From: Malacoraja senta
Lineage: Eukaryota
Length of the DNA stretch: 64,000 nt
Assembly: GCA_038087875.1 (NCBI GenBank)
Contig: CM075997.1
Span: forward strand, 6,140,001 to 6,204,000
Direction: 5' to 3'
The notes under the pieces were generated by a model. It searched no databases, had not been told where the DNA came from, and saw only the letters and a list, made by a program, of their open reading frames with translations. Shown one piece after another: positions 41,079-54,000 of this stretch (position 1 is the stretch's first letter; each line of letters opens with the position of its first letter). Both the position numbers and the translations under genes were made by a program.

Positions 41079-44000
41079 AACTATTTCAAGTAGTTCTGTA
41101 TACGATCATCCCAAGGTCCAATTCTATAATCGCATTATCGAAAAATATAGAACCTCATGTTTTAATCCAGCATACTTGCGTTACAGGCATGTTCCCCACT
41201 ATGCCACATGTCTCACCAGCTCCAAATGTAATAACTATATCGCTCATTGTGATACCAGCACTGAATGAAGTCAGAATTTTGTCTTGTATTCCCTATTTCC
41301 TCCTCCCTTTCTTTACAGTCCCTACGAAATAAATGCATTTGCCTTCCTTACTACCGATTTGACTTGCAGATTACCTTTTGGGAATCTTACACCTACACTC
41401 CCAAGTCCCTTTGCACCCTGTCCTCAATGCATGATGTTGTAAGGCAATCATTCCATTGTGCATTTAGAAGCATTGGTTCCAGCAGGTAAATTTTTGGTCT
41501 CGACCCGAAACGTCACCCATTCCTTCTCTCCAGAGATGCTGCCTGTCCCGCTGAGTTACTCCAGAATTTTGTGTCTACCTTAGGCAAATTTTCCCATGAG
41601 GTATCCCATTTATAGTGCCATAATAAACAATAGATACTGTATATTTCTATGAATTTTGAACATACATTTTTGATGTTCAAGAATTTTCAATGGGTACTCC
41701 GGTAAATAATCATCATTTTATTCACCTATTATTTCTTACAGATTAGTATCAAACCCTTAATTCTCTCTCTCTGTCTTAGTGTTCCACAAGTAGACCTTGC
41801 TCTATGCACTACACGAAGGATTTATTATTATGAGGGATTTATTATTCTAGAATTTATCCTTTGAAGAATCAAATGGCCTGAAAGCAAATATGTATGCATC
41901 TGAGCTGTAATCTTATTGCTGGTTAAGATGTTCTACCACACTAGGTTTTAATACACGGACATTAAACGTGCATTAGAATTTTTATGTTAACACTTGGGAA
42001 TGTGACAGTTTTGCACTTTGGTATCAAAAACTAATTTGCAGATGCAGACATAGTATTATGCACTGAAATTATTTATCTTCCCTCATCGGCCCAATCTACA
42101 GACAAGGGTACGAAGGGTTTCAAAGAAGTTCAATACACCTTAGTTTGTGTCATTTCCTCTGTTGCACAGAACCACCTTTTAAATAGTAAAAATAACCTGT
42201 GCCTTTGGTCAGTGGTGACCAGGTCACGAAACTTCCTGAGTAGGGAGACAAATTCCTGGAAGGGGACCATTGGATGTGTAATGTCCATTCGAGGAGCATA
42301 TGTTTTAAAACATCTAATGTGAAAAAGTTCAAAAAGAAAATAATATTTTTCACAACAGATGGTGTTCTAGAAATTTATTAGTATTCACAGGGACTCATTA
42401 TTCGGTCTTGTGGGACCACCGCTTATAAATTCAAAGTCAGGTACTACTAAATTGGCTTCTTGCGTATGGCGTGCACAGCCTAAAGTTGTAAGACAACTTG
42501 TTCTAATTGATCGTATTTGATTGTGCACGCCGGGTTGATTGCATTCGTTGAAACAGGGCGGACCACGTGAAGGTTGCAATCTCCCACCCCACCAAATTGG
42601 CTGTATATGAGGGTTAGCCTTTCCTTTACATGCTGCACCAGGGCAGAGAGTGCCATGAAGCCCAACTAATGTGGAGTAATGGATCAGAAGGGTGGATGTT
42701 GATTGGTGGCAGTGCAGAGGGACTGATGAGGACGCCTTAATTCAAAGTTGGTGATCAATGATGGGGATATCGGGGTAGGATGTGATTTGTGCTGGAGGCA
42801 CATTTCAGATGGCCAGAATCTTCAGTTTGCTTGATAGTGGAAGATTGGTGGGTGAAGGAATGATCTGTGTCCATCTTCCATGGATTTGCAAAATTACCTG
42901 TCTGGGTCGATTTAATTCCTTTTGTTGACATAGCATTTGATTCTGATATTTTGAAATGAATACATTCAATTATAGATCGACTCTAATCTTATTCTGATTA
43001 AACTAGAAAATGTATTACCCTTTTGCTTCTCCAACTTACTAAACATCTGATTCAGCATTTTAAAACATTGCTAATAGTGACTTATTACACAATAAATTGC
43101 TGTTGTTTAGGAACAGCAAAATGTACAACATTCAATAATTTACTGTCTAGCAGTTAATGTGAATAATGCTAATTAAACTAAAACTGCGTAATGCAATGTT
43201 GCTTGTGAGCAAATTAAACTAGATTTGCTTTAAATTAAGATGGCGGACAGAGGGAAGTTCATTTAAGTACCATGTAGATTGCATGGTGCAATGTTCACGT
43301 AGTCACTCACGTGACTTCGAAATAAAATTATATATTAATGCAATACAACTATTGGATGTCTAAGTGGGAATCTAAAGCAAAATTGACATTGTTATAATTT
43401 TAAATGTATTTATAATGATATGAGCGGTTAAACATTTGCAGATTTGGTATGAACCACAGCATGCAACATTCATATTCTTGGCAGTTAAATAAACCAAATG
43501 AAATCAATTCATGATAGTAATAAGATGTAGAAATAATCACTGTCAATGTAAAATTAAACAAAATGAATAGTTTTGCAAGCAAAAGCAAGGGAAATAATTA
43601 ATAATACTCCATAATAATTTATAAATGTTAACAATTTGCCATGCCTAAGTCCACATGAGAATAATAAAGGTTTGACAACCATTCACATTTGCTGCTCTTT
43701 CAAATTATCGATCAATGGCTTTTTCACATCTGTATTTTAATGATTAATTATTTGCCTGTATTGTCATTACCTATGGTTAGAACTAAAATACAAAACAAGT
43801 CAATTAATGAAGAATTGTGCTACTTTCCATTAGAAGAGTACAAGACAAATCTGAACTGTTCCTTGCTCCTCAACGTATAATTCTTAAATGCTCACATCTC
43901 CATTGTTGAAACTTTTGCTTCCAAACAAAATAATTTTAAACGCTAATAGTATAAATGCAACTGACCTTCAGTTACTACTTCAAGAAATATGCAGCATTAG

Positions 44001-44721
44001 TTATTTGCGAACTGTATTCTGAAAGTTGAGGATTCTATTGTTAACTCGCATTTTATCTACTTTCATTTAATTTTATAATGTGCTGTTTTCTAAAGTAAAA
44101 TATTTTAATATTGTGTGCGACACATTTATGGAGAATCGCTCAGATTTCTGATCATAATAGTTTTAATCTACAATTTGATATTCATCTATCATTAAATCAA
44201 ACTAATGGCAATGCAGGAGCATTCAATTTACCCGAGTTTAAGTTCATTTTGCTTGGGGAATGGACAAGCCAAATTAATCTTAATCAAGCACTGCAGGTGA
44301 AAGGAATTTTGAGACTTCTGAATTAATTTCAGCCCCATTATGTGCATTTCGTCTCAGTTAGTCATAGAACGTGGAGTAAAATTATCTTTAGCGAAAGTAC
44401 GGAGTTGATGATAATGAATCAGCAAGTTGTCTTAATTATTCTTAGAAAATTAAATTGTAAAATATTTAAAATGAGATGAGAATTGAGGTGAGAATTAATG
44501 TCACCATCCCCAACCACACTGGTCATCATTCATATATAGTTTTGGTCAGAAACCATATTCATATGAGTTAATTGTTGTTAGCTTCTCTAATTCTCAGAAC
44601 TTCCTGCGTACACAATTCTCTTATGTAACTAGACATTAGTTTCGTAACTAGTTAATTAGTAACTGGACATTTTCAGTTTCAATGTCATTGCTCAGGGTTT
44701 TAACTTATGGCTAGGTTATGA

Positions 44722-44977
44722 ATAGAAACATAGTAAAATAGGTGCAGGAGTAGGCCATTCAGCTTTTCGAGCCAGCACCGCCATTCAATATGATCATTGC
44801 AGATCATCTAAAATCAGTACCCCGTTCCTGCTTTTTCCCCATATCCCTTGATTCCTTTAGCCCTAAGATATAAATCTAACTTTCTACCTCAGTATTCAGT
44901 ACCCCATTCCTGCTTTTTCCCCATATCCCTTGATTCCTTTAGCCCTAAGAGATAAATCTAACTTTCTACCTTAGTAT
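44722..44977 (-). mobile_element. CR1 3'-end fragment with an internal 82-bp tandem duplication (also at 8641-8896)
   Basis: ataggtgcaggagtaggccattc is the reverse complement of the CR1 3' end. The unit tcagtacccc...ctacct(c/t)agtat occurs twice. Confidence 0.85.
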
Positions 44978-46951
44978 TTTCTTGTGAAACGTGGAAACCA
45001 TCGATGCTGTCCACAATAAAAGAAAATTCTCAATGCCTAGAAAGGCTATTAGTTCTGATATAGAAATGACGTACTGTTCGTGTCCTTCACTTCAGATTTT
45101 CAGTATTTAAGGGGATTAATTGATTTGGGCATAAATGCTTACATTCAGCTTTTACAAACTACCTTTTACAAGACAACCTACTTCCCTTTTGTGACCACAC
45201 TATTTTAAGTTCAGTTTTGATGTTGTGAGGACTCCTAACTATCAGAAGTTGATTCTATTTGGACACAGATGCCATTGAACCCCATGATTTGAGTCTAGCG
45301 CCCTGTATAAGCAGGAAAATCTGTGTTCTGGATATGAAGTTTACCTTTGTATTAAGTAGTTTCCATGTGATGGGAAAAAAAGCTTGGATCACCAAAACCC
45401 AATCATCTCTGTGGTTGTTGAATCCCTGAATCATAAATTGTTGATATGAAGAATATATTTATGCCAGGAGCCATTCGAAACGTTTTCTGCTTCCTGTAGA
45501 CCTATTGCTGCCACCAGTTTACTAATCATTCGTGCCTGAATCAAACAAGAGTCTATTATAAATTAGTATAGAACTCCAGAAGATTAAACCAGCCAAGTGG
45601 CCTAATTCTGCTCCTATCACTTCTGACCTTATATCCTAATTGGGTGGTTGGCGCCAGATGCGGTTCTGTGATTAACCATGTTTCCTACGACTGCCTGTGA
45701 TCCCAAGGTAAATGTCAAGATCAAGTTCAATTTGTCATTACATGGTGAAAGTAACTGCATCTCACAAATGATATTCATGCCAGGGACGACCTCGACTTTT
45801 CTTGTGCAGTCTGAAGTAACATTCTGCTCTTAGGCTCACAAAGGTAAGAAAGGCAATTGCCTTTTTTTGACTCATTCGAGACTGATTCTGAAAAATCCCC
45901 AGCTGAGGATTCCACATTCAGGCCTGATGTAAATTATTTGGGAAGTTAAAATGATGACTTAATGGTGGGTAACTCAGGACTTTTTACTGGTTACTTGGTT
46001 TCTGCTAAGCAATTAAAGATGGAATTATTTCCCTGTGCTTCAGATCTCTTTCATTGTCTGATCTGTGCTCTAATTGAATCTGTGTATTTGGTCCAAGGAA
46101 GAGTTTCGGCTCCAGTTGATTTCTATTGATCTCTGCTGAAAAGTATGCTGTTCAGTGGTATTGGCTTTTATTATTCAATAGTGGTTTTGCCCAACTGCTG
46201 AACAATCTATAGAAACTTGCTTGAAGAGTGTTCATATGAGTTAGATACTGAAGAGAAGTTGATGTCTTGCACTAATTAATACTTTCAGCAGAACAAGGTG
46301 AAAACAACTGAACAAAATATTTTCTTCTCCTTCTGAAGTTGCTGATGTTGAAGTTTATGTTATGCCCATATTTTCTGAGTGTCTGCATGTGTGGCAATGT
46401 TTGTATGAACAGGGGTTCAGATAGGAAATGTTCATGATATTTTAGAAACTTTTGGAAACCAACATTTTTATTTAGATGTTTTTTAAATGATGTGGTAAAA
46501 TTTTAATTACGTCAGTCAAAAGTTAAATGGATGGTGACAAATTCTTATCTTAAACCCTGTAGAAAAATATGCTTATTCTATGGACATTATTGTTATAGTT
46601 ATCATTATGAATGGTTTTCGCCACCATTTATGGTGAAAATGATACCAGATAATAACACCATAACTTATAACACTGTAACACCAAATAAGCAAAATCTGTA
46701 CAATGTAGAATGTTGCAACTAATAATTATTATTCTATCACGTACCTTTCTGTAATTCACTATGGTGACAGGGCAGAAAAGGTTGGTGTGAGATCCTACAT
46801 TCACTGCCTGTTTCATGAGGACAATATGTGCAATTGGCCCTTGTTGGACACTAACACGCTTTTCCACCTGCAATCTACATCTTACCTCTGTAATCTGTGG
46901 AAGAGCATTGTATTGAACTTGACTTTATAAATGTTTTATTATTAACTTCAG

Positions 46952-47122
46952 TCAGGAGGGTCTGACCAAGAAAGGACAAAAAAGCAGAGGAGGGGTGATC
47001 GCTACTCCGTTCAGACATCTCTGATTGTAGCAACTCTGAAAAAAATGCTTCCAATTGGCCTGAACATGTGTTCACCTGCTGATCAAGAACTCATTAACAC
47101 AGCCAAGATAAGATATTCCCTG
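46952..47122 (+). CDS. RYR1: RyR exon (exon 71 equivalent), 171 nt
   Basis: ttcAG acceptor and GTaagt donor. Encodes [68 protein letters not shown] and ATLKKML are RYR1-type rather than RYR2/RYR3. Confidence 0.95.
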
Positions 47123-47641
47123 GTAAGTGAAGAATTATCTGGTTTATGTTGACATCAAATGTTTGTCATTTTACAAGCAGTCTGGTTGAGGTTGAAGACA
47201 GTGGACAAATGTTCTGGCGAATCGGAAAAGTGATGTTAGTAAAGTTCACATCAGATTTGTACAGCTTGTTAGCTTTCATATTTTCTTATGTCATAGACAA
47301 ACGCCATTTCAGCCCACCAAGTGTATGCCAGTTCAGTTGTAAGTGGCAGTGGAAAGGTAGATCTACAGGTAGAAGGAGCAACTTGCTTCTCCATTGGTTT
47401 TCTTTTAAACTCTTGTCACATTCCCACCAGTGCATTCACAATCTATCACTTACTTGCATACTGGGGACAATTTGCAGTAGACATTAAACTTACCAGCCTA
47501 GACATCTTTGGAGAAAAATCAACTTGTATTATTGTGAAACTACAGAATTTGAGAGAAGCTCACATGGCTACAGAGCAAACATGCAAACTCCACACAGACA
47601 GATCATTTGCGGAAAGATGAAGTCAAGCTCAGCCATGACAC

Positions 47642-47774
47642 TGAGTCTGAAGAAGGGTCTTGACCCGAAACGTCGCCCATTGAGTCTGAAGAAGGGTCTT
47701 GACCCGAAACGTCGCCCATTCCTTCTCTCCAGAGATGCTGCCTGTCCCACTGCGTTACTCCAGCGTTTTGTGTC
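47642..47774 (+). mobile_element. Short Penelope-derived repeat with a tandem-duplicated hammerhead-like head (also at 11565-11697)
   Basis: (tgagtCTGAAGAagggtcttgacccGAAAcGTCgcccat)x2, followed by the common family body tccttctctccagagatgctgcc. Confidence 0.7.
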
Positions 47775-47967
47775 AGGAAAATACTCGTGTCAGGAAAATA
47801 CTTCTACCTTTCAACTGTCACTGTATTGTTCCACATATTATGAAAGATTACTGGACCAAAGTTTCAGAATTTAATTGTTAAGAGCATTGTGTCAAACTAA
47901 AGTTTAATGCTTTTCTATTTGATTTGGTGTAGCTTCTACTTACTATGTCTCTCTATAATCTCTGCAG

Positions 47968-48027
47968 AAAGATACCGATGAAGAAGTACAAGAGTTTCTA
48001 CAAGACAACCTCCATTTGCAAGGAAAG
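47968..48027 (+). CDS. RYR1: RyR exon (exon 72 equivalent), 60 nt
   Basis: ctgcAG acceptor and GTaaaa donor. Encodes KDTDEEVQEFLQDNLHLQGK. Confidence 0.95.
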
Positions 48028-48735
48028 GTAAAAGAATAATCAGTAAACACCCGGCATAATGGACTACACAGGGGTAAATAGTGTCCGCTATTACTGATTG
48101 TCCGCTATTACCGAATAAGGGGGTTAATATGTACAGTACTACTAGATAAGCAACCAATAAACACACACTATACACTAGTGTACACAACAGTAAAGGACAC
48201 AAACTACACAATACCTTAGGACAGCACAGTGGCGTTGTGATATTTTTTTCTACTTTTCTACAAAGACCCAAATTTGATCCTGACCTCATGTGCTCCCTGT
48301 GGCAGTGTGGGTTTCCTCCGGAGCACTAGTTCTACCCTACACACTGTGAGTTGTCTCTAGTGTGTGGAGTGGAGCTGGTGTGCCTTGGATGGGGGGGGGG
48401 GGGCCTGCACGGTCACCAAGGGCGCCCAGGGTCGGGTCTGGGTCTCTGGTACTGAGGAATGGTGGCTCTGCCAGCGATTGACGGAGGCTAGTTGGGCTGC
48501 AGGCCTGCACGTCTTTGAGATGTGGGGGAGGAGGGGGCACCCGGGGGAAAGCCACACCGTCACTTTGTCTTTGCAATGTGGGAGGAAAGATAGGATCACT
48601 GTAGTGATTATGTGAGAGGAAAGAGAACCGCTGCAGAACCACCAGCAATCGCCCATACACTAGTTCTATGCTACACACCAGGTACAGAATAGAACTAGTG
48701 TATGGATGATCGCCTGTCGGCACAGACTTGGTGTT

Positions 48736-49851
48736 TTGAGCACATGGTATTGGGGGTAGGATGCTGACATGGTTAGAAAATTGGTTGCCAGACAGGAAAC
48801 AAAGAGTAAGTATTAACGGGTCCCTTTCAGAACGGCAGGTAGTGACAAGTGGGGTACTGCAATGCTCGGTGCTGGGACCACAGCTATTTACAAAATACAT
48901 AAATGATTTAGATGATGGGATTCAAAGTAACATTAGCAAATTTGCAGATGACACAAAGCTGGGTGTCAGTATAAACTGTGAATACGATGCTATGAGGATG
49001 CAGGGTGACTTGGACAGGTTGGGTGAGTGGGCAGATGCAATTTAATGTGGATAAATGTGAGATTATCCACTTTAGTGGCAAAAACAGGAAGGCAGATTAT
49101 TATCTAAATGGAGTCAAGTTGGGATAAGGGGAAGTACAACGGGATCTGGGGTGGAGTCCTTGTTCATCAGTCACTGAAAGTAAGCATGCAGGTACAACAG
49201 GCAGTGAAGAAAGCTAATGGCATGTAGGCCTTCGTAACAATAGGAGTTGAATATAGGAGCAAAGAGGTCCTTCTGCAGTTGTACAGGGCCCTAGTGAGAC
49301 CACACCTGGAGTATTGTGTGCACTTTTGGTCTCCCAATTTGAGGAAGGATATTCTTATTGTTGAGGTAGTGCAGCGCAGGTTTACCAGATTAATTCCCGG
49401 GATGGCGAGACTGTCATTTGTTGATAGAATGGAGTGGCTGGGCTTGTATACTCTGGAATTTAGGATGAGAGGAGATCTTATTGAAACATGTAAGATTATT
49501 AAGGGTTTGGACACGCTAGAGGCAGGAAACATGTTCCTGATGTTGGGGGAGTCCAGAACCAGAGATCACAGTTTAAGAATAAGGAGTAAGCCATTTAGAA
49601 TGGAGATGCAGAAAAACTTTTTCACACAGAGTTGTGAGTCTGTGGAATTCTCTGCCTCAGAGGGCGGTGGAGGCTGGTTTTCTGGATGCTTTCAAGAGAA
49701 AGCTAGACAGAGCTCTTATAGCGGAGTCATGGAATATGGGGAGAAGGCAGGAACGGGGTACTGATTGTGGATGATCAGCCATGATCACTTTGAATGGCGG
49801 TGCTGGCTCAAGGGGCCGAATGGCCTACTCCTGCACCTATTGTCTATTGTC
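48736..49851 (+). mobile_element. 5'-truncated CR1 LINE (also at 12657-13772)
   Basis: RT fragments WLENWL..RKQRV, KFADDTKLG and LVRPHLEYC, with a (ctattgt)n tail. Confidence 0.9.
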
Positions 49852-51091
49852 TTTCCACGCTGTATTTCAAAACAAAGCTAAAATAGTTCAAAAACACCAT
49901 CCGTGAAAAAATGACTGAAGAGTATCGACGTGAAACATCACCTATTCCTTCTATCCAAAGATGCTGCCTGTACAGCTGAGTTACTCCATCATTTTGTGTC
50001 TATCTTTGGTGTAAGCCAGCATCTGCAGTTCCTTTCTGCACATTTAGACTACTGCACATTTGAATACCAGTATAACCAAAATCCGTTATAAAGAAGTCTG
50101 TTAAAACGAGAGATTACTGTTCTTGCAAATTAAAAGAAAGCCTATTCTGTTTTATCATTTAACTCTTTGCTTATAAATCTCCAGAAAATTATAACATTTA
50201 AAAATTCCCTCATCAATGCTACTTAGCAGAGTTTCCTCTCATTGTCCTGCAGGACTTTGGTTCATTTCAGTCTAATTGCAGAAAAACCTTAAGATGAAAT
50301 GATTATACATCCATAATAAAGCCTAATCTGTTTTCTATTTGTGGATTAATGTATTAAGAGAGAAGCTGCTATTCTCGAGCAGTCTCATTTATGGCACCAT
50401 ACTTTCAGTGTCACGATATGAACGGCTTTTAAACCACCTCATTTCAATCATAAATCATCAAAAAACCTTCAGAATATATTCAAATAAAGTGAAAAAATAT
50501 AAAGTATTATTCACTGCAGGCAGAGGAAGCAAAAGTAATTTGCAAACTAACATTTTCTTATAAGAAATAAAAAAATTGCAGGTTAATCATATTTTTGCCT
50601 GATTCACTTTTTTTGTGCCCTATTATGTATTTAATAATGTTTTATACAAGATGTTCTTTAACACCAAGCTAACTAACCAGTAACCTCCTGGTTTCTGTCC
50701 CCCTGTTTTGAAGAGAAGAGTTATATTTCCAGTTTGATGGAACCTTCCTAAATTTCAGAAAATTAAAAGGAATTATCTCATCAGCCAAGGGATGAAGCCT
50801 TTCAAGACCTGGAGTCTTGGCAACCCACAGCTCAGGCAAATTTCTGAGTATCACTTCCCAGAAATTGTAATTCCCCTGAAATCGCCCTGCCCTGTGGGCT
50901 TGCCGATCCACAGCTGGTTCTGGGGTGTGACTGGTCGTCTCTGCAATGACAATTAATGCGAAATTCCAATTTAATTCTTCGCAATCTCATGTTTTCTACT
51001 ATTTAGTCCCCACTTTCATTTGCTATGTTGTTTGCACAGTAGATGGACTACATTGGATCAGTAACATTTATTTTATTAATCTGATTTGTAG

Positions 51092-51229
51092 TGTGAAAAT
51101 TCTTCTTCAATGCGATGGCAGATGGCATTATACAAGGACATTGCTGGCAAAGCTGAAGACAGCAACGATCCTGAAAAGATAGTGAAACGAGTGCAGGAGG
51201 TCTCTGCTGTTCTGTTTCACCTGGAGCAG
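51092..51229 (+). CDS. RYR1: RyR exon (exon 73 equivalent), 138 nt
   Basis: ttgtAG acceptor and GTacgg donor. Encodes [46 protein letters not shown]. Confidence 0.93.
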
Positions 51230-53075
51230 GTACGGACGTCTGATATACATTGTATGCATTTTGTTGGCAGTCATGCACTTAATTAAAAAATAGCAACATA
51301 ACCTATCATTGATACTGCATTTTTAAATCATTGTTCAATCTTAATGACTTCCCTTTTCTCCTACTCACATTCTCTCCACTCCCCAAGTAAGTTTCACAGT
51401 CATCGTAGACATTTTCCACAATATATTGAGCTGTTTCAAGGTGAAACAATTTAGATTGGCTTGGCAACAAGAGACAGCAGGGTTCTTATTGTGATTGGCT
51501 GCCTGCAACTAGTGGACAACACAAAGATTGGTGCTGGGACCCTGTTGTTTGTAATATCTATGAATTACTTTGGATGTGGATGTGGGAGGCATGATCAGTA
51601 AGTTCACAGATGAAACCAAGATCAGTGGAGTCATGTATAATAAATGACAAATACAGTTAAATCTCAATGAATGTGAAATGACTCATTTTAGGAGTACTAA
51701 TGATACAAGGATAGAGATCCATGAACGTGCCAATGCAAGTACAGTGGCTTGCAAAAGTATTCATACCCCTTGAACTTTTCCACATTTTGTCACGTTACAA
51801 CCACAAACGTAAATGTATTTTATTGGGATTTTATGTGATAGACGCATAATTGTGAAGTGGAAGGAAAATGATACATGGTTTTCAAATTTTTTTACAAATA
51901 AAAAACTGAAAAGTGTCGCGTGCAAAAGTATTCAGCCCCCTTTACTCTGATAACCCTAAATAAAATCCAGTGCAACCAATTGCCTTCAGAAGTCACCTAA
52001 TTAGTAAATAGAGTCCACTTGTGTGTAATCTAATCTCAGTATAAATACAGCTGTTCTGTGAAGGCCTCAGGTTTGTTAGAGAACATTAGTGAACAAACAG
52101 CATCATGTAGCCCAAGGAACACACCAGACAGGTCAGGGATAAAGTTGTGGAGAAGTTTAAAGCAGGGTTAGGTTATAAACATAGATCCCAAGCTTTGAAC
52201 ATCTCACGGAGCACTGTTCAATCCATCATCCGAAAATGGAAAGAGTATGGCACAACTGCAAACCTACCAAGACATGACCGTCCACCTAAACTGACAGGCC
52301 GGGCAAGGAGAGCATTGATCAGAGAAGCAGCCAACTCTGGTAAATCTGGAGGAGCTGCAGAGATCCCCAGCTCAGGTGGGAGAATCTGTCCACAGGACAA
52401 CTATTAGTCGTGCACTCCACAAATTGGGCCTTTATGAAAGAGTGGCAAGAACCATATAACCATTACAGCACGGAAACAGGCCATCTCGGCCCTTCAAGTC
52501 CGTGCCGAACATTTTTTTTAATTTTATTTTTTTATTTTTTTATTTTTTTATTTTTTTAAATAAATACTTCCCCCTAGTCCCATCTACCTGCACTCAGACC
52601 ATAACCCTCCATTCCTTTCCCGTCCATATACCCATCCAATCTATTTTTAAAGGATAAAATCGAACCAGCCTCCACCACTTCCACTGGAAGCTCATTCCAC
52701 ACAGCTACCACTCTCTGAGTAAAGAAGTTCGCCCTAATGTTACCCCTAAACTTCTGTCCCTTAATTCTCAAGTCATGTCCCCTTGTTTCAATCTTCCCTA
52801 CTCTCAATGGAAAAAGCTTATCCACGTCAACTCTGTCTAACCTGCTCATAATTTTAAAGACCTCTATCAAGTCCCCTCTTAACCTTCTGCGCTCCAAAGA
52901 ATAAAGACCTAACTTGTTCAACCTTTCTCTGTAACTTAGTTGCTGAAACCCAGGCAACATTCTAGTAAATCTCCTCTGTACTCTCTCTATTTTGTTGACA
53001 TCCTTCCTATAATTAGGCGACCAAAATTGTACTCCATACTCCAGAATTGGCCTCACCAATGCCTTGTACAATTTT

Positions 53076-53094
53076 AGATAGATAGATAGATAGG

Positions 53095-53170
<76 letters not shown>
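53076..53170. repeat. (AGAT)n microsatellite, about 23 units
   Basis: Read directly; one AGGT interruption. Confidence 0.98.
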
Positions 53171-54000
53171 CATTTATTGTCACATACACCAATTGGTGTA
53201 GTGAAATTTGACTTGCCATGCAGCACACAAATAAAGATAACATCAAAGAATTTAACAACATAAAAACATCCCCCCACAATGGTACCCACTGTGGGGGAAG
53301 GCAGCAAAGTCCAGTCCCATCCCCAGTTCACCCATAGTCGGGGCCTATTGAGGCCTCTGCAGTCGCCGATACGGCAGCCCGATGCCTCAGGCCCTCTCGC
53401 CGGATGATGAAGCTCCGGCGTTGGGTGAACACTCTCAGCGGCCCGGAGTGTCTGGAGCGGCCGCTACCTCCCAGGAGACCACGGCTCCCGAAGTCCACGA
53501 GCCGCGCTGGTCGATGCTCCGACTCTGGCGACCTCGTCGTGAGATCCCAGGCTCCGCGGTGTTTAAAGCTCAGCGCCGCCCGCGGCTGGAAGCTCCGCAG
53601 ACCGCAGACCGCAGCTTCGCGATGTTGGTGCCGGCTGTCACAGCACTCCGGAGCTTACTGCACGGCGACCCGGGTTAGGCATCGCCCGCTCCGCGATGGA
53701 ACTTCAGCGCTGTGCCGCCGCCGAAGCTGAAGTCCTGGCCGGTCCAGGCAGGAAAACGCCGCTCCAGTCTGCCCGTAGGCCGCGAGGAAGGGGCGAAGAT
53801 CCGGCTCGGAGAAAAGCCGCAACTCCGACCAGGTAGGTACTGAGAAAATAGTTCCCCCCTAACCCCACCCCCCACCCCCCACATAAAAAGACTAAAGACC
53901 TCCAAAACAACACTTTCAACTAACTAAAAATTAAAAAAAGGGTGAAAAAAAACTAACACCTGCTGGCAGGGCAGCCATACTCGACGGTGCCCCAGGTGGA
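53076..54000 (-). mobile_element. GC-rich non-autonomous retroelement with a Rex1-like 3' end and (CTAT)n tail
   Basis: The minus strand ends aatttcactacaccaattggtgtatgtgacaataaa followed by (ctat)n. The body is CpG-rich with no recognisable coding capacity. Confidence 0.65.

Noticed and set aside
47642..47719. CRISPR-like repeat
   Set aside because: There are only two adjacent units with no spacers, in a vertebrate context.
52574..53331. ORFs with (SIYL)n repeats fused to an RT-like peptide
   Set aside because: They are read-through of the (CTAT)n microsatellite into a CR1 fragment, not a gene.
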